Part shown: piece by piece, positions 9,119-21,825 of the stretch
How the letters are laid out: each line of letters begins with the position of its first letter
How positions within the stretch are numbered: position 1 is the first letter of the stretch
DNA from: Actinomycetota bacterium
GTDB taxonomy: Bacteria > Actinomycetota > Acidimicrobiia > Spongiisociales > UBA11373
NCBI GenBank assembly: GCA_043810615.1
Contig: JBDROA010000201.1
Coordinates: 1-54,951, forward strand
Length of the DNA: 54,951 nt
Direction of reading: 5' to 3'
The notes under the pieces: generated by a model
What the model saw: the letters and a program-made list of their open reading frames with translations, nothing else
The model's database searches: none
Told to the model about the DNA's origin: nothing
Program-made: the position numbers and the translations under genes

Positions 9119-11206
9119 CTAGCCGAAGATCAGAAAGCCGACCACCAGCAGCACCGCCCCCAGGAACAGGGCCGCGGCGTACTGCTGCACCTTGCCCGTC
9201 TGCACCCGGCGCAGCGCCCCGCCCACTTCGCCGGCGGCGGCCGCGGCGGCGTTGATGCCCAGGTCGATGCCCCGCTGGTCCAGCCCGCCGTAGACCAGCG
9301 AGGCCAGCCGGCGGGCCACCACCCCGAAGGCGTTGACCGCACCGTCGATGACCACGTTGTTCGACCAGTTCGCCGCCCGGGCCAGCGGCCCCCGGATGGG
9401 CCGCACCAGGGCGTAGTCGTACAGGTCGTCCACGAAGTACTTGCGCTCCAGCAGCGGGTAGAGGAGTGGAATGCGGAAGCGATCCCGCTCCTTCTGGGTG
9501 GCGCGGTCCCGCCCGAACACCGCCGTCCCCACCGCGATCCCGGCCAGGGCCGCCAGGGTGCCGATGGCCGCCAGGCCCAGGTCCAGGCCTTCGGCGTGGT
9601 GCTCCACGATGGGATGGGCCCGGGCCGCCAGCCACTCGGTGAGGGCGGTGAAGGCCCCCGGGACGTTGACCAGGCCGCCCACCGCCGCCAGGGCGGCCAG
9701 GCCGATGAGCGGGTAGGTCATCACCAGCGGCGATTCGTGGGGGTGGCCGGCTCCCTGGTACTTCCCGAAGAATGTGAGGTTCACGGCGCGGGCCATGTAG
9801 AAGGCGGTGACGAAAGCCCCGGCCAGGGCCAGCACCAGCACGAACGTCGCCAGCGACCCGCCCCCGTGCTGCGAGTCGTAGTACAGCGAGGCCAGGATCT
9901 CGTCCTTCGACCAGAAGCCGGCCAGGGGGACGACGCCCGCCAGGGCCAGAGACCCGACAACGAAGGTCCAGAACGTGGCCGGCATGGACTTCCGCAAGCC
10001 GCCCATGTCGCTCATGTTGTTGGAGCGGACCGAGTGGATCACCGACCCGGCGGCCAGGAACAGCAGGCCCTTGAAGAAGGCGTGGGTGAACAGGTGGAAG
10101 AGGCCGGCGGTGTAGGCCCCGGCTCCCATGGCCGCGGTCATGTAGCCCAACTGGCTCACCGTGGAGTAGGCCAGCACCTTCTTGATGTCGTCCTGGACCA
10201 TGGCGAGCAGGCCGCCCAGGAACAGGGTCAGCGCCCCGATCACCAGGATCAACGGCTTGAGCCCGGCCCCGAATCCCTCCGCCTGGTAGAAGGGGAACAT
10301 CCGTCCGAGCAGGTAGACCCCGGCGGTCACCATGGTGGCGGCGTGCATCAGCGACGACACCGGGGTGGGGCCGGCCATGGCATCGGGGAGCCACACGTGG
10401 AAGGGCCACTGGGCGCTCTTGCCCATGGCCCCGACGAACAGTGCCAGGCCCACCCAGACCCCCACATCGGCCAGTGCGGAGTCGTTGGCCCCGACGGCGT
10501 CGAGCAGGTCGGTGAAGCGGAACGACCCCACCGCCACCCCGGCGATGATCACCCCGAGGAAGAGGCCCACGTCGGCCACCTTGTTGACGATGAAGGCCTT
10601 GATGGCGGCGGCGTTGTTGGCATGGTCCTCCCACCAGTGTCCGATGAGCAGGTAGGAGGCGACGCCGACCAGTTCCCAGCCGACGATCAGTTGGATGGTG
10701 TTGGGGGAGGAGACCAGCACCAGCATGCCGCCGGCGAACAGGGAGAAGGCGGCGAAGAACCAGGTGAAGCGGACGTCGCCCTTCATGTACCCCTTGGAGT
10801 AGGTGAACACGAAGAAGCCGACGATGCCGACGACGAAGTACATCATGGTGGACAGGCCGTCCACCAGCCAGCCCCACTCGAGCACCAGGTCGGCGCCGCC
10901 GGGGAGCACGCCGATGCGGGCGATCTCGATGTGGCGCTCGAAGGCGAAGGGCTCCACCCAGTTGCCGATGAGCAGCGCCGTCCCGTAGAGGGCGACAAAG
11001 GCCAGGGCCCCCTCGGCCAGCTCCCAGCCCTTGAAGGGGAGGCGCTTGCCGAAGAGCACGATGAGCCCCATCGCCAGCAGCGGGACCACCGGGATGAGCC
11101 AGGCCCCCTGCGCCAGCAGGCCGAGGAACCCGGAGGGCTCGGCGGCCGCGGCGGCGTGCCCGCCCTCGGCGGTGCTCAGTGCGGCGAAAGACAGCATCCC
11201 GGGCAT
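9119..11206 (-). CDS. nuoL: NADH-quinone oxidoreductase subunit L (operon 1)
   Basis: GKSAQWPFHVWLPDAMAGPTPVS, HAFFK, C-terminal QTG; ATG overlaps nuoK stop (TGATG). Confidence 0.95.
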   Translation of the reverse strand: MPGMLSFAALSTAEGGHAAAAAEPSGFLGLLAQGAWLIPVVPLLAMGLIVLFGKRLPFKGWELAEGALAFVALYGTALLIGNWVEPFAFERHIEIARIGVLPGGADLVLEWGWLVDGLSTMMYFVVGIVGFFVFTYSKGYMKGDVRFTWFFAAFSLFAGGMLVLVSSPNTIQLIVGWELVGVASYLLIGHWWEDHANNAAAIKAFIVNKVADVGLFLGVIIAGVAVGSFRFTDLLDAVGANDSALADVGVWVGLALFVGAMGKSAQWPFHVWLPDAMAGPTPVSSLMHAATMVTAGVYLLGRMFPFYQAEGFGAGLKPLILVIGALTLFLGGLLAMVQDDIKKVLAYSTVSQLGYMTAAMGAGAYTAGLFHLFTHAFFKGLLFLAAGSVIHSVRSNNMSDMGGLRKSMPATFWTFVVGSLALAGVVPLAGFWSKDEILASLYYDSQHGGGSLATFVLVLALAGAFVTAFYMARAVNLTFFGKYQGAGHPHESPLVMTYPLIGLAALAAVGGLVNVPGAFTALTEWLAARAHPIVEHHAEGLDLGLAAIGTLAALAGIAVGTAVFGRDRATQKERDRFRIPLLYPLLERKYFVDDLYDYALVRPIRGPLARAANWSNNVVIDGAVNAFGVVARRLASLVYGGLDQRGIDLGINAAAAAAGEVGGALRRVQTGKVQQYAAALFLGAVLLVVGFLIFG

Positions 11207-11511
11207 CACCACTTCATCAGGTCGAGCTCGTCGACGTTGGCCGACGAGCGGTTGCGGAAGATCAGGATCACGATGGCCAGGCCGATGCCGACTTCGGCGG
11301 CGGCCACCGTGATGACGAACAGGGCGAAGACGTGACCGGTGCGCAGCGGGTCCAGGAGCAGGGAGCCCAAGGCCACCAGGTTGATGTTCACCGCGGCCAG
11401 CATCAGCTCGATGGAGAGCAGCACCGCCACCGCGTTGCGCCGCACCAGCACGCCGTAGACCCCGAGGGAGAAGAGCAGGGCGCCCAGGATGAGGAACTGG
11501 TTGATCGTCAT
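11206..11511 (-). CDS. nuoK: NADH-quinone oxidoreductase subunit K (operon 1)
   Basis: LLSIELML, VAAAEVGIGLA; start MTINQF overlaps nuoJ stop. Confidence 0.94.
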   Translation of the reverse strand: MTINQFLILGALLFSLGVYGVLVRRNAVAVLLSIELMLAAVNINLVALGSLLLDPLRTGHVFALFVITVAAAEVGIGLAIVILIFRNRSSANVDELDLMKW

Positions 11512-12032
11512 TCCTTCGGGTCCTTCCGGGCGAGCACGATGCCCCCGATGAGGGCGGCGAGCAGCACGAACGACACGGCTTCGAAGGGGATCACGAAGCG
11601 ACTGAAGAGCAGGTCGCCCAGGTCGCCCGTGAGGTTTCGCTCCACGGTGGCGCCCTCCGCCCAACCGAAGAAAGTGGTGGTGGAATAGGCCAGGGTGGCG
11701 AAGACCGCCCCGGCCACCGCCATGGCCGGCCAGCGCCGCTCGTGGTCGAGGCGCACCGGGTCGCGCCGCAGCGGCGCCCGGGTGATCATGAGCCCGAACA
11801 GGAACAGGACCACCACCGCGCCGATGTAGACCAGCACCACCGTCCAGGCCACGAACTCGGCGCCGAGCAGCAGGAACAGGGCGGCCGACCCGGCCAGGGC
11901 CACGACCAGCATCAGCACGGCGTGGACCAGGTTGCGGGTGGTGACCACCCACCACCCGGCCACCAGCACAACGATGCCGATCGCCAGGAACACCAGGTTC
12001 TCGCTCTGGCCGATCCACTCGCCCCAGCTCAT
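11508..12032 (-). CDS. nuoJ: NADH-quinone oxidoreductase subunit J (operon 1)
   Basis: [29 protein letters not shown]. Confidence 0.94.
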   Translation of the reverse strand: MSWGEWIGQSENLVFLAIGIVVLVAGWWVVTTRNLVHAVLMLVVALAGSAALFLLLGAEFVAWTVVLVYIGAVVVLFLFGLMITRAPLRRDPVRLDHERRWPAMAVAGAVFATLAYSTTTFFGWAEGATVERNLTGDLGDLLFSRFVIPFEAVSFVLLAALIGGIVLARKDPKE

Positions 12033-12535
12033 GGCTCACTCCCCTCCAGGGCGGGAGGCTCGGGGACGGTCGCCAGCCACTCGCCCAGGCGCGCCTTGTC
12101 GTGCCGCAGGTCGGCGACGCTCTCGGCGGAGTACTCGTACTCCGGCGACCAGAACAGGGCATCGAAGGGGCAGACCTCGACGCAGGTGCCGCAGTACATG
12201 CACAAGGCGAAGTCGATGTCGAAGCGGTCGAGCACCGAGCGGGTGCGGGCCCGCCCTCCCGGCTCGGCGGGAGGCCGCTGCTCCTTGTGGCCCTCGATGT
12301 AGATGCACCAGTCGGGGCAGTCCCGGGCGCAGAGCATGCACACGGTGCAGGCCTCGGCGTCGAGGGCGATGACCCCCCGGGCCCGGGGCAGGGGGATCTC
12401 CTTCTCCAGCGGGTACATGATGGTGGGCGGCTTGCGCAGAAAGGTGCGCAGCGTCAGCCACATACCCTTGAAGAGGCCGAGGCCGGGGACCGCCGAGCGG
12501 AGGCGCTTGCCGGACGAGGACCGGGGGGCGCTCAC
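12029..12535 (-). CDS. nuoI: NADH-quinone oxidoreductase subunit I (operon 1)
   Basis: Two [4Fe-4S] motifs [12 protein letters not shown] and [12 protein letters not shown]. Confidence 0.94.
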   Translation of the reverse strand: MSAPRSSSGKRLRSAVPGLGLFKGMWLTLRTFLRKPPTIMYPLEKEIPLPRARGVIALDAEACTVCMLCARDCPDWCIYIEGHKEQRPPAEPGGRARTRSVLDRFDIDFALCMYCGTCVEVCPFDALFWSPEYEYSAESVADLRHDKARLGEWLATVPEPPALEGSEP

Positions 12536-13545
12536 CGGATCACCTTCAGCGTGGCGGTCACCGCGATGTTGGCCAGGGCGATGGGCACCAGCCAGCGCCA
12601 GGCCAGCGACTGCAGCTGGTCCTCGCGCAGACGCGGCCAGGTCCAGCGGAACCAGATCATCACAAAGACCAGGAACAGCGACTTGCCCAGCAGGACGAAG
12701 GGGCCGAACCAGTCGGCGTTCACTCCCCAGAAGTGGTAGCCGCCCAGGAAGAGGACCGAGGCGATGGCCGACATGGCCAGCATCCCGGCGTACTCCCCCA
12801 GCAGGAACATGGTGAAGCGGATCCCGGAGTACTCGGTCAGGTAGCCCATGACCAGTTCCGACTCGGCGACGGGCATGTCGAAGGGGATGCGCACCAGTTC
12901 GGCCAGGGCGGCGATCATGAAGATGACGAAGCCGATGATCTGCCCCTGGAGGGCGTAGGGCAGGCTGATGCCCACGCTGCCGATGTGGAACAGGGGCTGG
13001 GCCTGGGCCTCGGTGATGCCCACCATCGACATGGTCCCCGCCTGGATGACCACGCCCACCACCGCCAGCACCAGGGGCAGCTCGTAGGCGATGAGCTGGG
13101 CCCCGGCCCGCAGGCCCCCGATGAGGGAGTACTTGTTCCCCGAAGACCACCCCGCCATGAGGATGGCGATGGTGCTCACCGACCCGGCGGCCAGGGCGTA
13201 GAAGATGCCCACATCGAGGTCGCCGGCCACCAGCACCGGCGACAAGGGGATGATCACGATCACGGCGAAGGTCCCCAGGAGCGACACCATGGGGGCCAGG
13301 CGGAACACCGGCCCGTCGGCCTCCGCCGGGACCAGGTCCTCCTTCTGGAGGAACTTCAGGGCCTCGGCGAACACCTGGGCCCAGCCCCAGCGGCCCCCGG
13401 CGAAGTAGGGGCCGATGCGGCTCTGCATGTGGGCCGACACTTTGAGCTCGGCGAACATGATGACCAGAGCCACGGCGAAGACCACCACGACGGCCACCGC
13501 CAGCTTGACCCCGAGCACCACCCAGACGTTGTCCGGCAGGTTCAT
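12532..13545 (-). CDS. nuoH: NADH-quinone oxidoreductase subunit H (operon 1)
   Basis: [39 protein letters not shown]. Confidence 0.95.
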   Translation of the reverse strand: MNLPDNVWVVLGVKLAVAVVVVFAVALVIMFAELKVSAHMQSRIGPYFAGGRWGWAQVFAEALKFLQKEDLVPAEADGPVFRLAPMVSLLGTFAVIVIIPLSPVLVAGDLDVGIFYALAAGSVSTIAILMAGWSSGNKYSLIGGLRAGAQLIAYELPLVLAVVGVVIQAGTMSMVGITEAQAQPLFHIGSVGISLPYALQGQIIGFVIFMIAALAELVRIPFDMPVAESELVMGYLTEYSGIRFTMFLLGEYAGMLAMSAIASVLFLGGYHFWGVNADWFGPFVLLGKSLFLVFVMIWFRWTWPRLREDQLQSLAWRWLVPIALANIAVTATLKVIR

Positions 13546-14741
13546 CGGTCCACGTCCCCGAGGACGAAGTCGAGGCTGCCCAGGATGGCGATGATGTCGG
13601 GGATCAGAGCCCCTTCCAGCAGCCAGGGCAGCACCGAGAGGTTGCAGAACGAGGCGGAGCGGATCTTGACCCGGTAGGGCCGCCGCCCCCCGCCGGAGAC
13701 GATGTGGTACCCCATCTCCCCCTTGGGGTTCTCCGCCCGCACGTAGCACTCCCCGCGGGGCACCTTGATGACCCGAGGGACCTTGGCCTGCAGGGGCCCG
13801 GAGGGCAGGGAGTCGAGGGCCTGCTCGATGATGCGAGCGGCCTGGCGGATCTCCTCGAGGCGCACCCGGCAGCGGTCGTAGGCGTCGCCGCCGGGCATGG
13901 TGACCACGTCGAAGTCGAAGCGGTTGTAGGGCAGGTAGTCCTCCACCTTGCGCAGGTCGAAGGCCACCCCCGACGCCCGCAGGTTGGGCCCGCTGACCCC
14001 GTATTCGATGGCCCGCTCGGCGGGCAGGACCCCCACCCCGATGGTGCGCTGCTGCACGATCTCGTTGCCCAGGACCAGGCCCTCCAGGTCGTCGCAGACC
14101 CGGCGCACCGCCGCCAGGGCCCGGCGGGTGCCGTCGCTGAAGCCCCTGGGCAAGTCCTGGGACACCGTGCGCTGCTCGGCCCCGCCCCCCGCCGCCGGGC
14201 GCACCCCGCCGATGCGGTTGAAGTTGGGGTGGAAACGGCCCCCGGTGACCCCCTCGATGAGGTCGAGCACCCGTTCCCGCTCGCGCAGGGCATACATGAG
14301 CGGGGTGGGCGCCCCCAGTTCGGCCGGGAAGGAGCAGAGGAAGACCAGGTGGTTGGAGATGCGGAACATCTCGGTGAGCATCAGGCGGATGTACTGCGCC
14401 CGCTCCGGCGCCTCCACCCCCAGGAGCCGCTCGGCGGCGACGATGAAGGGGACCTCGTTGGCGAAGCCCGAGACCCAGTCGATGCGGTTCACCAGGGCGG
14501 TGATCTGGGCGTAGGTGCGGGCTTCGACCAGCTTCTCATAGCCGCGGTGCATGTAGCCGACGACCGGCTCCACCTTCTCCACCCGCTCCCCGGCCACGGT
14601 GGCCACCAGGCGGAGCACGCCGTGGGTGGAGGGGTGCTGCGGGCCGATGTTGAGGGTCATCTCGGGGGTCTGGATCTCCACCGCAACCGCCGCCTCGGAA
14701 CGGTGCATGGCGAGGAGGTGGCGGTCGGCAGGGGTGGTCAC
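13542..14741 (-). CDS. nuoD: NADH-quinone oxidoreductase subunit D (operon 1)
   Basis: [26 protein letters not shown]-terminal GDVDR. Confidence 0.96.
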   Translation of the reverse strand: MTTPADRHLLAMHRSEAAVAVEIQTPEMTLNIGPQHPSTHGVLRLVATVAGERVEKVEPVVGYMHRGYEKLVEARTYAQITALVNRIDWVSGFANEVPFIVAAERLLGVEAPERAQYIRLMLTEMFRISNHLVFLCSFPAELGAPTPLMYALRERERVLDLIEGVTGGRFHPNFNRIGGVRPAAGGGAEQRTVSQDLPRGFSDGTRRALAAVRRVCDDLEGLVLGNEIVQQRTIGVGVLPAERAIEYGVSGPNLRASGVAFDLRKVEDYLPYNRFDFDVVTMPGGDAYDRCRVRLEEIRQAARIIEQALDSLPSGPLQAKVPRVIKVPRGECYVRAENPKGEMGYHIVSGGGRRPYRVKIRSASFCNLSVLPWLLEGALIPDIIAILGSLDFVLGDVDR

Positions 14742-15346
14742 GCGCCGCCCCCCTTCGCCTCTCCCGGGGCCGCTTCGCCCGCGGGCAGCGGCGTCACCTC
14801 GACGGCTCCCGGCCAGGCCTTCACCTCGCGGCTGAGCAGCGGATAGGACTTGCGCAGGGGGTGGCCCACGAACCCGTCGGGCAGGTAGATGTTGACCGGG
14901 TTGGGGTGGCCTTCGAAGCGGATGCCGAACATGTCGGCGGCCTCGCGCTCGTGCCAGTCGGCCCCGCCGTAGACCCCGGTCAGCGAGTCGATCCGCAGGT
15001 CGTCGCGGGGCAGGTCGGTGCTGAGGATCACGGCCTCCCCGACGGTGACGTCGGCGAGGCGGCTGATCATCTCGTAGCGCTCCTCAATGGGGTCGCCCTC
15101 GAGGGCGTCGCCCACCGCCACCTCGTTCGACCAGTGGATGGCCGAGAGCCAGGCGAAGAAGGGGAGGTGCTCCTTGAGGGCCCGGTGCGCCGCCACCCAG
15201 CGCTCCCGGGGCACCCGGACCTTGGCGGTGCGGAAAGCGTCGCTCCACTCACCGGACCCGGCGAGGGCGGCCCACTGGGCGGCACGAGAAGGCGGCGCCT
15301 CGGGGGGCGGGGCCGGGCTGGCGTCCGGGGCCTCAGGCTCACTCAC
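14738..15346 (-). CDS. nuoC: NADH-quinone oxidoreductase subunit C (operon 1)
   Basis: [29 protein letters not shown]. Confidence 0.94.
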   Translation of the reverse strand: MSEPEAPDASPAPPPEAPPSRAAQWAALAGSGEWSDAFRTAKVRVPRERWVAAHRALKEHLPFFAWLSAIHWSNEVAVGDALEGDPIEERYEMISRLADVTVGEAVILSTDLPRDDLRIDSLTGVYGGADWHEREAADMFGIRFEGHPNPVNIYLPDGFVGHPLRKSYPLLSREVKAWPGAVEVTPLPAGEAAPGEAKGGGA

Positions 15347-15824
15347 CGGCGGTCCACTTCTCGCGGATGTTCTCGCCCTGGATCTTGCGCTGCAGAGCGA
15401 CGATGCCCTCCATGAGCGCCTCGGGTCGGGGGGGGCAGCCGGGGACGTAGACATCCACCGGGATGATCTGGTCCACGCCCTTGGTCACCGAGTAGGAGTC
15501 CCAGTAGGGGCCACCGCAGTTGGCGCAGGATCCCATGGAGATGACGTACTTGGGTTCGGCCATCTGGTCGTACAGCTTGCGCACCGCCGGGGCCATCTTG
15601 TCGGTCACCGTGCCCGCCACGATCATGAGGTCGGCCTGGCGGGGGCTGGCGGGCAGGGGGATGATGCCGAAGCGCATGAAGTCGTAGCGGGGGCCGGCGG
15701 CCGCCATCATCTCGATGGCACAGCAGGCCAGGCCGAACTGGAACAGCCACAGCGAGTACTTGCGGGACCAGTTGAGCAGCCAGGTGAGGGGCTTGGGGGC
15801 GTCGAAGCGGTCTAGGACTCCCAC
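15339..15824 (-). CDS. nuoB: NADH-quinone oxidoreductase subunit B (operon 1)
   Basis: [25 protein letters not shown]. Confidence 0.96.
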   Translation of the reverse strand: MGVLDRFDAPKPLTWLLNWSRKYSLWLFQFGLACCAIEMMAAAGPRYDFMRFGIIPLPASPRQADLMIVAGTVTDKMAPAVRKLYDQMAEPKYVISMGSCANCGGPYWDSYSVTKGVDQIIPVDVYVPGCPPRPEALMEGIVALQRKIQGENIREKWTAGE

Positions 15825-16180
15825 TTCAGCACTCCCTTGCGCACCGCATACACCAGGCCGGCGAGCAAGATCACGATGAATATCACCATCTCCACCAGGG
15901 CGAACAGACCCAGCGACTCCAGGCGCACCGCCCACGGGAAGATGAAGACCGCCTCGACGTCGAAGATCAGGAACAGCAGGGCGAAGATGTAGTAGCGGAT
16001 GTGGGTCTGGGCCCAGCCGCTCCCCACCGGGTCGATGCCACACTCATAGCTCTGCGCCTTGGTAGCCGAGGGACGGCTCGGACGAAGCAGCCAACCCACT
16101 CCCACCGCGGCCGCCACCAGGAGCGCCCCGAAGCTGGCGAACGCGGCGACGGTGATGTAGTCCTGGAAGTACTCCGCCAC
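15812..16180 (-). CDS. nuoA: NADH-quinone oxidoreductase subunit A (operon 1)
   Basis: [17 protein letters not shown]; GTG start with AGGAG SD. Confidence 0.95.
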   Translation of the reverse strand: MAEYFQDYITVAAFASFGALLVAAAVGVGWLLRPSRPSATKAQSYECGIDPVGSGWAQTHIRYYIFALLFLIFDVEAVFIFPWAVRLESLGLFALVEMVIFIVILLAGLVYAVRKGVLKWES

Positions 16181-16209
16181 TGTGCTCCTACCCGCACGCG
16201 GACTGCCGG

Positions 16210-16215
16210 AGTATA
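16210..16215 (-). promoter_or_regulatory. Candidate -10 element for nuo operon 1
   Basis: TATACT on the minus strand 30 nt upstream of the nuoA start in otherwise very GC-rich DNA. Confidence 0.55.
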
Positions 16216-16298
16216 GGAAGGGGGAGAGGCCCGGTCCTCCCCGCGGCGGGCCGCCACTCCTCCCGAAGGGAGAATCCCCGCCCGCTACCCTCGCCGCC

Positions 16299-17387
16299 AT
16301 GCGCCTGCCGGACTACACGGGGAGCGGGTTGGTCAACCTGGTGGCCGAACTGGAACGGCGGCTCGCCGGGAACGCGCCCAGCCCCGGGCTCCACCCCGAC
16401 CTCGCCGCCGTTGTCCCCGAGGCCGCCACCTACCTGCTGGTGCTCTTCGACGGCCTGGGCGATATGCAGTTGGGCCACCCTGCCGCCGCCCCTTTCGCCG
16501 CGACGCGCCGGGGCGCCCTCGACGCCCCCTTCCCCACGACCACCACGGTGAGCCTGGCCACGGTGGCCACCGGCCTGCCCCCGGTTCGCCACGGCCTCAT
16601 CGCCTACCAGTTGTGGCTCCCGGACCTGGGCCGGGTGGCCAACACCATCAAGTGGACCACCCTGTGGGGCGACCCGCTGGACCTGGACTTCGAGCGCTTT
16701 CTCCCCCACCCCAACACCTGGGAGCGGGTCGCCGCCGCCGGGGTGGAACCCATCGTCATGCAACCGCTCAACTTCGGCGGAAGCCCGCTCACCCGGGTGC
16801 TCTACCGGAGTTGTCGCTGGGAGCCTTACGCCGACCCCGGGGAGGCGGTGGCCGCGGCGGTGCAGTTGACCCGGCCCCGGCAGCGCCTGGTGACCCTCTA
16901 CATCCCCCACGTCGACTTCGCCGCCCACGTGTGGGGCCAAGAATCCGACGGCTACGCCGAGGCGCTGCGCCTCGCTGCCGGGATCTGGCAGAGCATCGCC
17001 GCCGCCCTGCCCCCGGACGTGGTGATGGTGGGCACCGCCGACCACGGCCACGTGGACATCCCCACGGTCCGCCAGGTGCGGATCGACAAGGAAGATCACG
17101 AGGGGCGCACCTTCTACGGCGACCCCCGGGTGACCTTCGTCCGCGGCGAAGGCGCCTCCCTGGCCGCCGGCCTGCCCGCCACCTGGGTGCCCTTCGAGGA
17201 GATGACGGCGTGGTGGGGATCGGGGAAGCCCCACCCCCGCTTCGCCGAACGGGCCCCCGACGGCGCTCTCTTCGCCGACCCGGGCTACGCCCTGCTCCAC
17301 CGCTTCAGCGACGACCGCCTCATCGGCCAGCACGGAGGCCTGACCGAGGAGGAGTTGCGGGTGCCGCTGCTCGTGGCAGGAGGGTGA
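16299..17387 (+). CDS. Alkaline phosphatase superfamily nucleotide pyrophosphatase/phosphodiesterase
   Basis: LVLFDGLG, PFPTTT catalytic Thr region, TADHGH, GQHGGLT..E. Confidence 0.88.
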   Translation: MRLPDYTGSGLVNLVAELERRLAGNAPSPGLHPDLAAVVPEAATYLLVLFDGLGDMQLGHPAAAPFAATRRGALDAPFPTTTTVSLATVATGLPPVRHGLIAYQLWLPDLGRVANTIKWTTLWGDPLDLDFERFLPHPNTWERVAAAGVEPIVMQPLNFGGSPLTRVLYRSCRWEPYADPGEAVAAAVQLTRPRQRLVTLYIPHVDFAAHVWGQESDGYAEALRLAAGIWQSIAAALPPDVVMVGTADHGHVDIPTVRQVRIDKEDHEGRTFYGDPRVTFVRGEGASLAAGLPATWVPFEEMTAWWGSGKPHPRFAERAPDGALFADPGYALLHRFSDDRLIGQHGGLTEEELRVPLLVAGG

Positions 17388-17411
17388 GGATATTACACCA
17401 CCCCGCCCAGC

Positions 17412-17429
17412 AGGTCATGGTCCTGACCT
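17412..17429. promoter_or_regulatory. Palindromic operator of the TA locus (putative)
   Basis: AGGTCA-tggtcc-TGACCT directly abutting the antitoxin ATG at 17430. Confidence 0.55.
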
Positions 17430-17687
17430 ATGACCAGTGCCCTTCCTTTCTCCGAAGCCAGGGCCCAGCCGTCGGAACCGGCGGATCGAGTCGAGACCGG
17501 GCACGACCCGTCCTCGTCAACCGCAACGGCCGACCCTCTTTCGTCCCCGCGAGTCCCGACGACCTCGAGTCGCCAGAACTGGCCGACCCTGGACGGCCTC
17601 CGGGATGAGGAACTGATCACCTCGATCCGTCGATCCCGCCGACAGGCGGAGGCGGGCCGGCGACTGCGCCTCGAAGACCACATCTGA
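17430..17687 (+). pseudogene. Phd/YefM-family antitoxin, degraded (two compensating frameshifts)
   Basis: LPFSEARA...DRVETGHDP in frame 0, VLVNRNGRPSFV..SPDDLES in the shifted frame (about 17510-17585), then TLDGLRDEELITSIRRS back in frame 0. Confidence 0.8.
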
Positions 17688-17851
17688 AGATCTGCGGCCC
17701 AATAGGGTTCAGCGGGTTTCTGAAGGCCGGCTCGATGCCGATTCGACGAAAGCGTCGCGATTCTCCCGGTGCCCCTCTCCTACCGGCGATCAGGCCTCTC
17801 TGGCGGTCCGGTGGCCGTGGACAGACGCCCGTATTGCGCCGCGAGTCTTGA

Positions 17852-18121
17852 GGCCTCGGGCACGAGGTCGACATCACCCTTGAGGGACTTCGTCACGCGC
17901 GGCGGCTGCCGGAGAAGATCAGGGTCGCGGCGTTGGAGGCCGTCCTTGGACGGATGGCGACAAACCCCCGGAGGGCGGGCAAGCCCCTGGTCGGAGAGCT
18001 CCTCGGCCTCTACTCGGCCCGACGCGGCGACTACCGCATCACCTACGAGATCCCCGAAGCGGAACAGGTCGTGATCGTCCACCGGGTACAGCACCGCGGG
18101 ACGGTGCACCGGCCCCGGCGA
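17852..18121 (+). pseudogene. RelE/ParE-family toxin, start and stop lost
   Basis: EVDIT..GLR..RRLPEKIR...NPRRAGKPLVGELLGLYSARRGDYRITYEI...HR; in-frame TGA at 17849 upstream; CGA at 18119-18121 where a stop is expected. Confidence 0.8.
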
Positions 18122-18294
18122 CGGTTCGTCACCGGGCGGCGCGGCGGCGTCGAATGGCCCGGTGCCACAACGCGCCGTGCGCCGAAGTCACCGTCACCGC
18201 CACGGGTGTCCCCGCCAAGGCCCTCCCCCGCCCCACCGAGACACCTCCCCCGACAAGAAGCCGAGCCCTCCGCCCCCCGTCTAGGCTGGAGGCC

Positions 18295-21609
<3,315 letters not shown>

Positions 21610-21642
21610 CCTGCCGGGGTTCCCGGACGGAGAGAAGGCCCC

Positions 21643-21825
21643 ATGCTCCTTGCCGCCCTGGCTCCCCTGATCGCGGCCGCGGCCGCCTTCGCCGCCTACG
21701 CCCTCTGGGACCTGCGCCGCTCGACCGTGAAGGTACTGCCCAAGTGGGCGTGGGCGGTGATCATCCTGATCAGCATCCCCGCCGGCGCCGTCGTCTACTT
21801 CCTGGCCGGCCGAGAGGCCACGTGA
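21643..21825 (+). CDS. Small membrane protein, PLDc_N (YxlE-like)
   Basis: ALWDL...LPKWAWAVIILISIPAGAVVYFLAGR; stop overlaps the next GTG. Confidence 0.8.
   Translation: MLLAALAPLIAAAAAFAAYALWDLRRSTVKVLPKWAWAVIILISIPAGAVVYFLAGREAT

Noticed and set aside
9119-11206. Mrp antiporter or group 4 hydrogenase interpretation of operon 1
   Set aside because: Gene order is nuoA-D,H-N and NuoD lacks the CxxC Ni-binding motifs, ending in GDVDR.
7563-11335. Very long alternative-frame and antisense ORFs over the nuo genes (1104 aa, 1225 aa; similar ones at 26316-28939, 32311-34593, 49260-51827)
   Set aside because: Shadow ORFs caused by high GC and codon bias; low-complexity translations overlapping well-supported genes.
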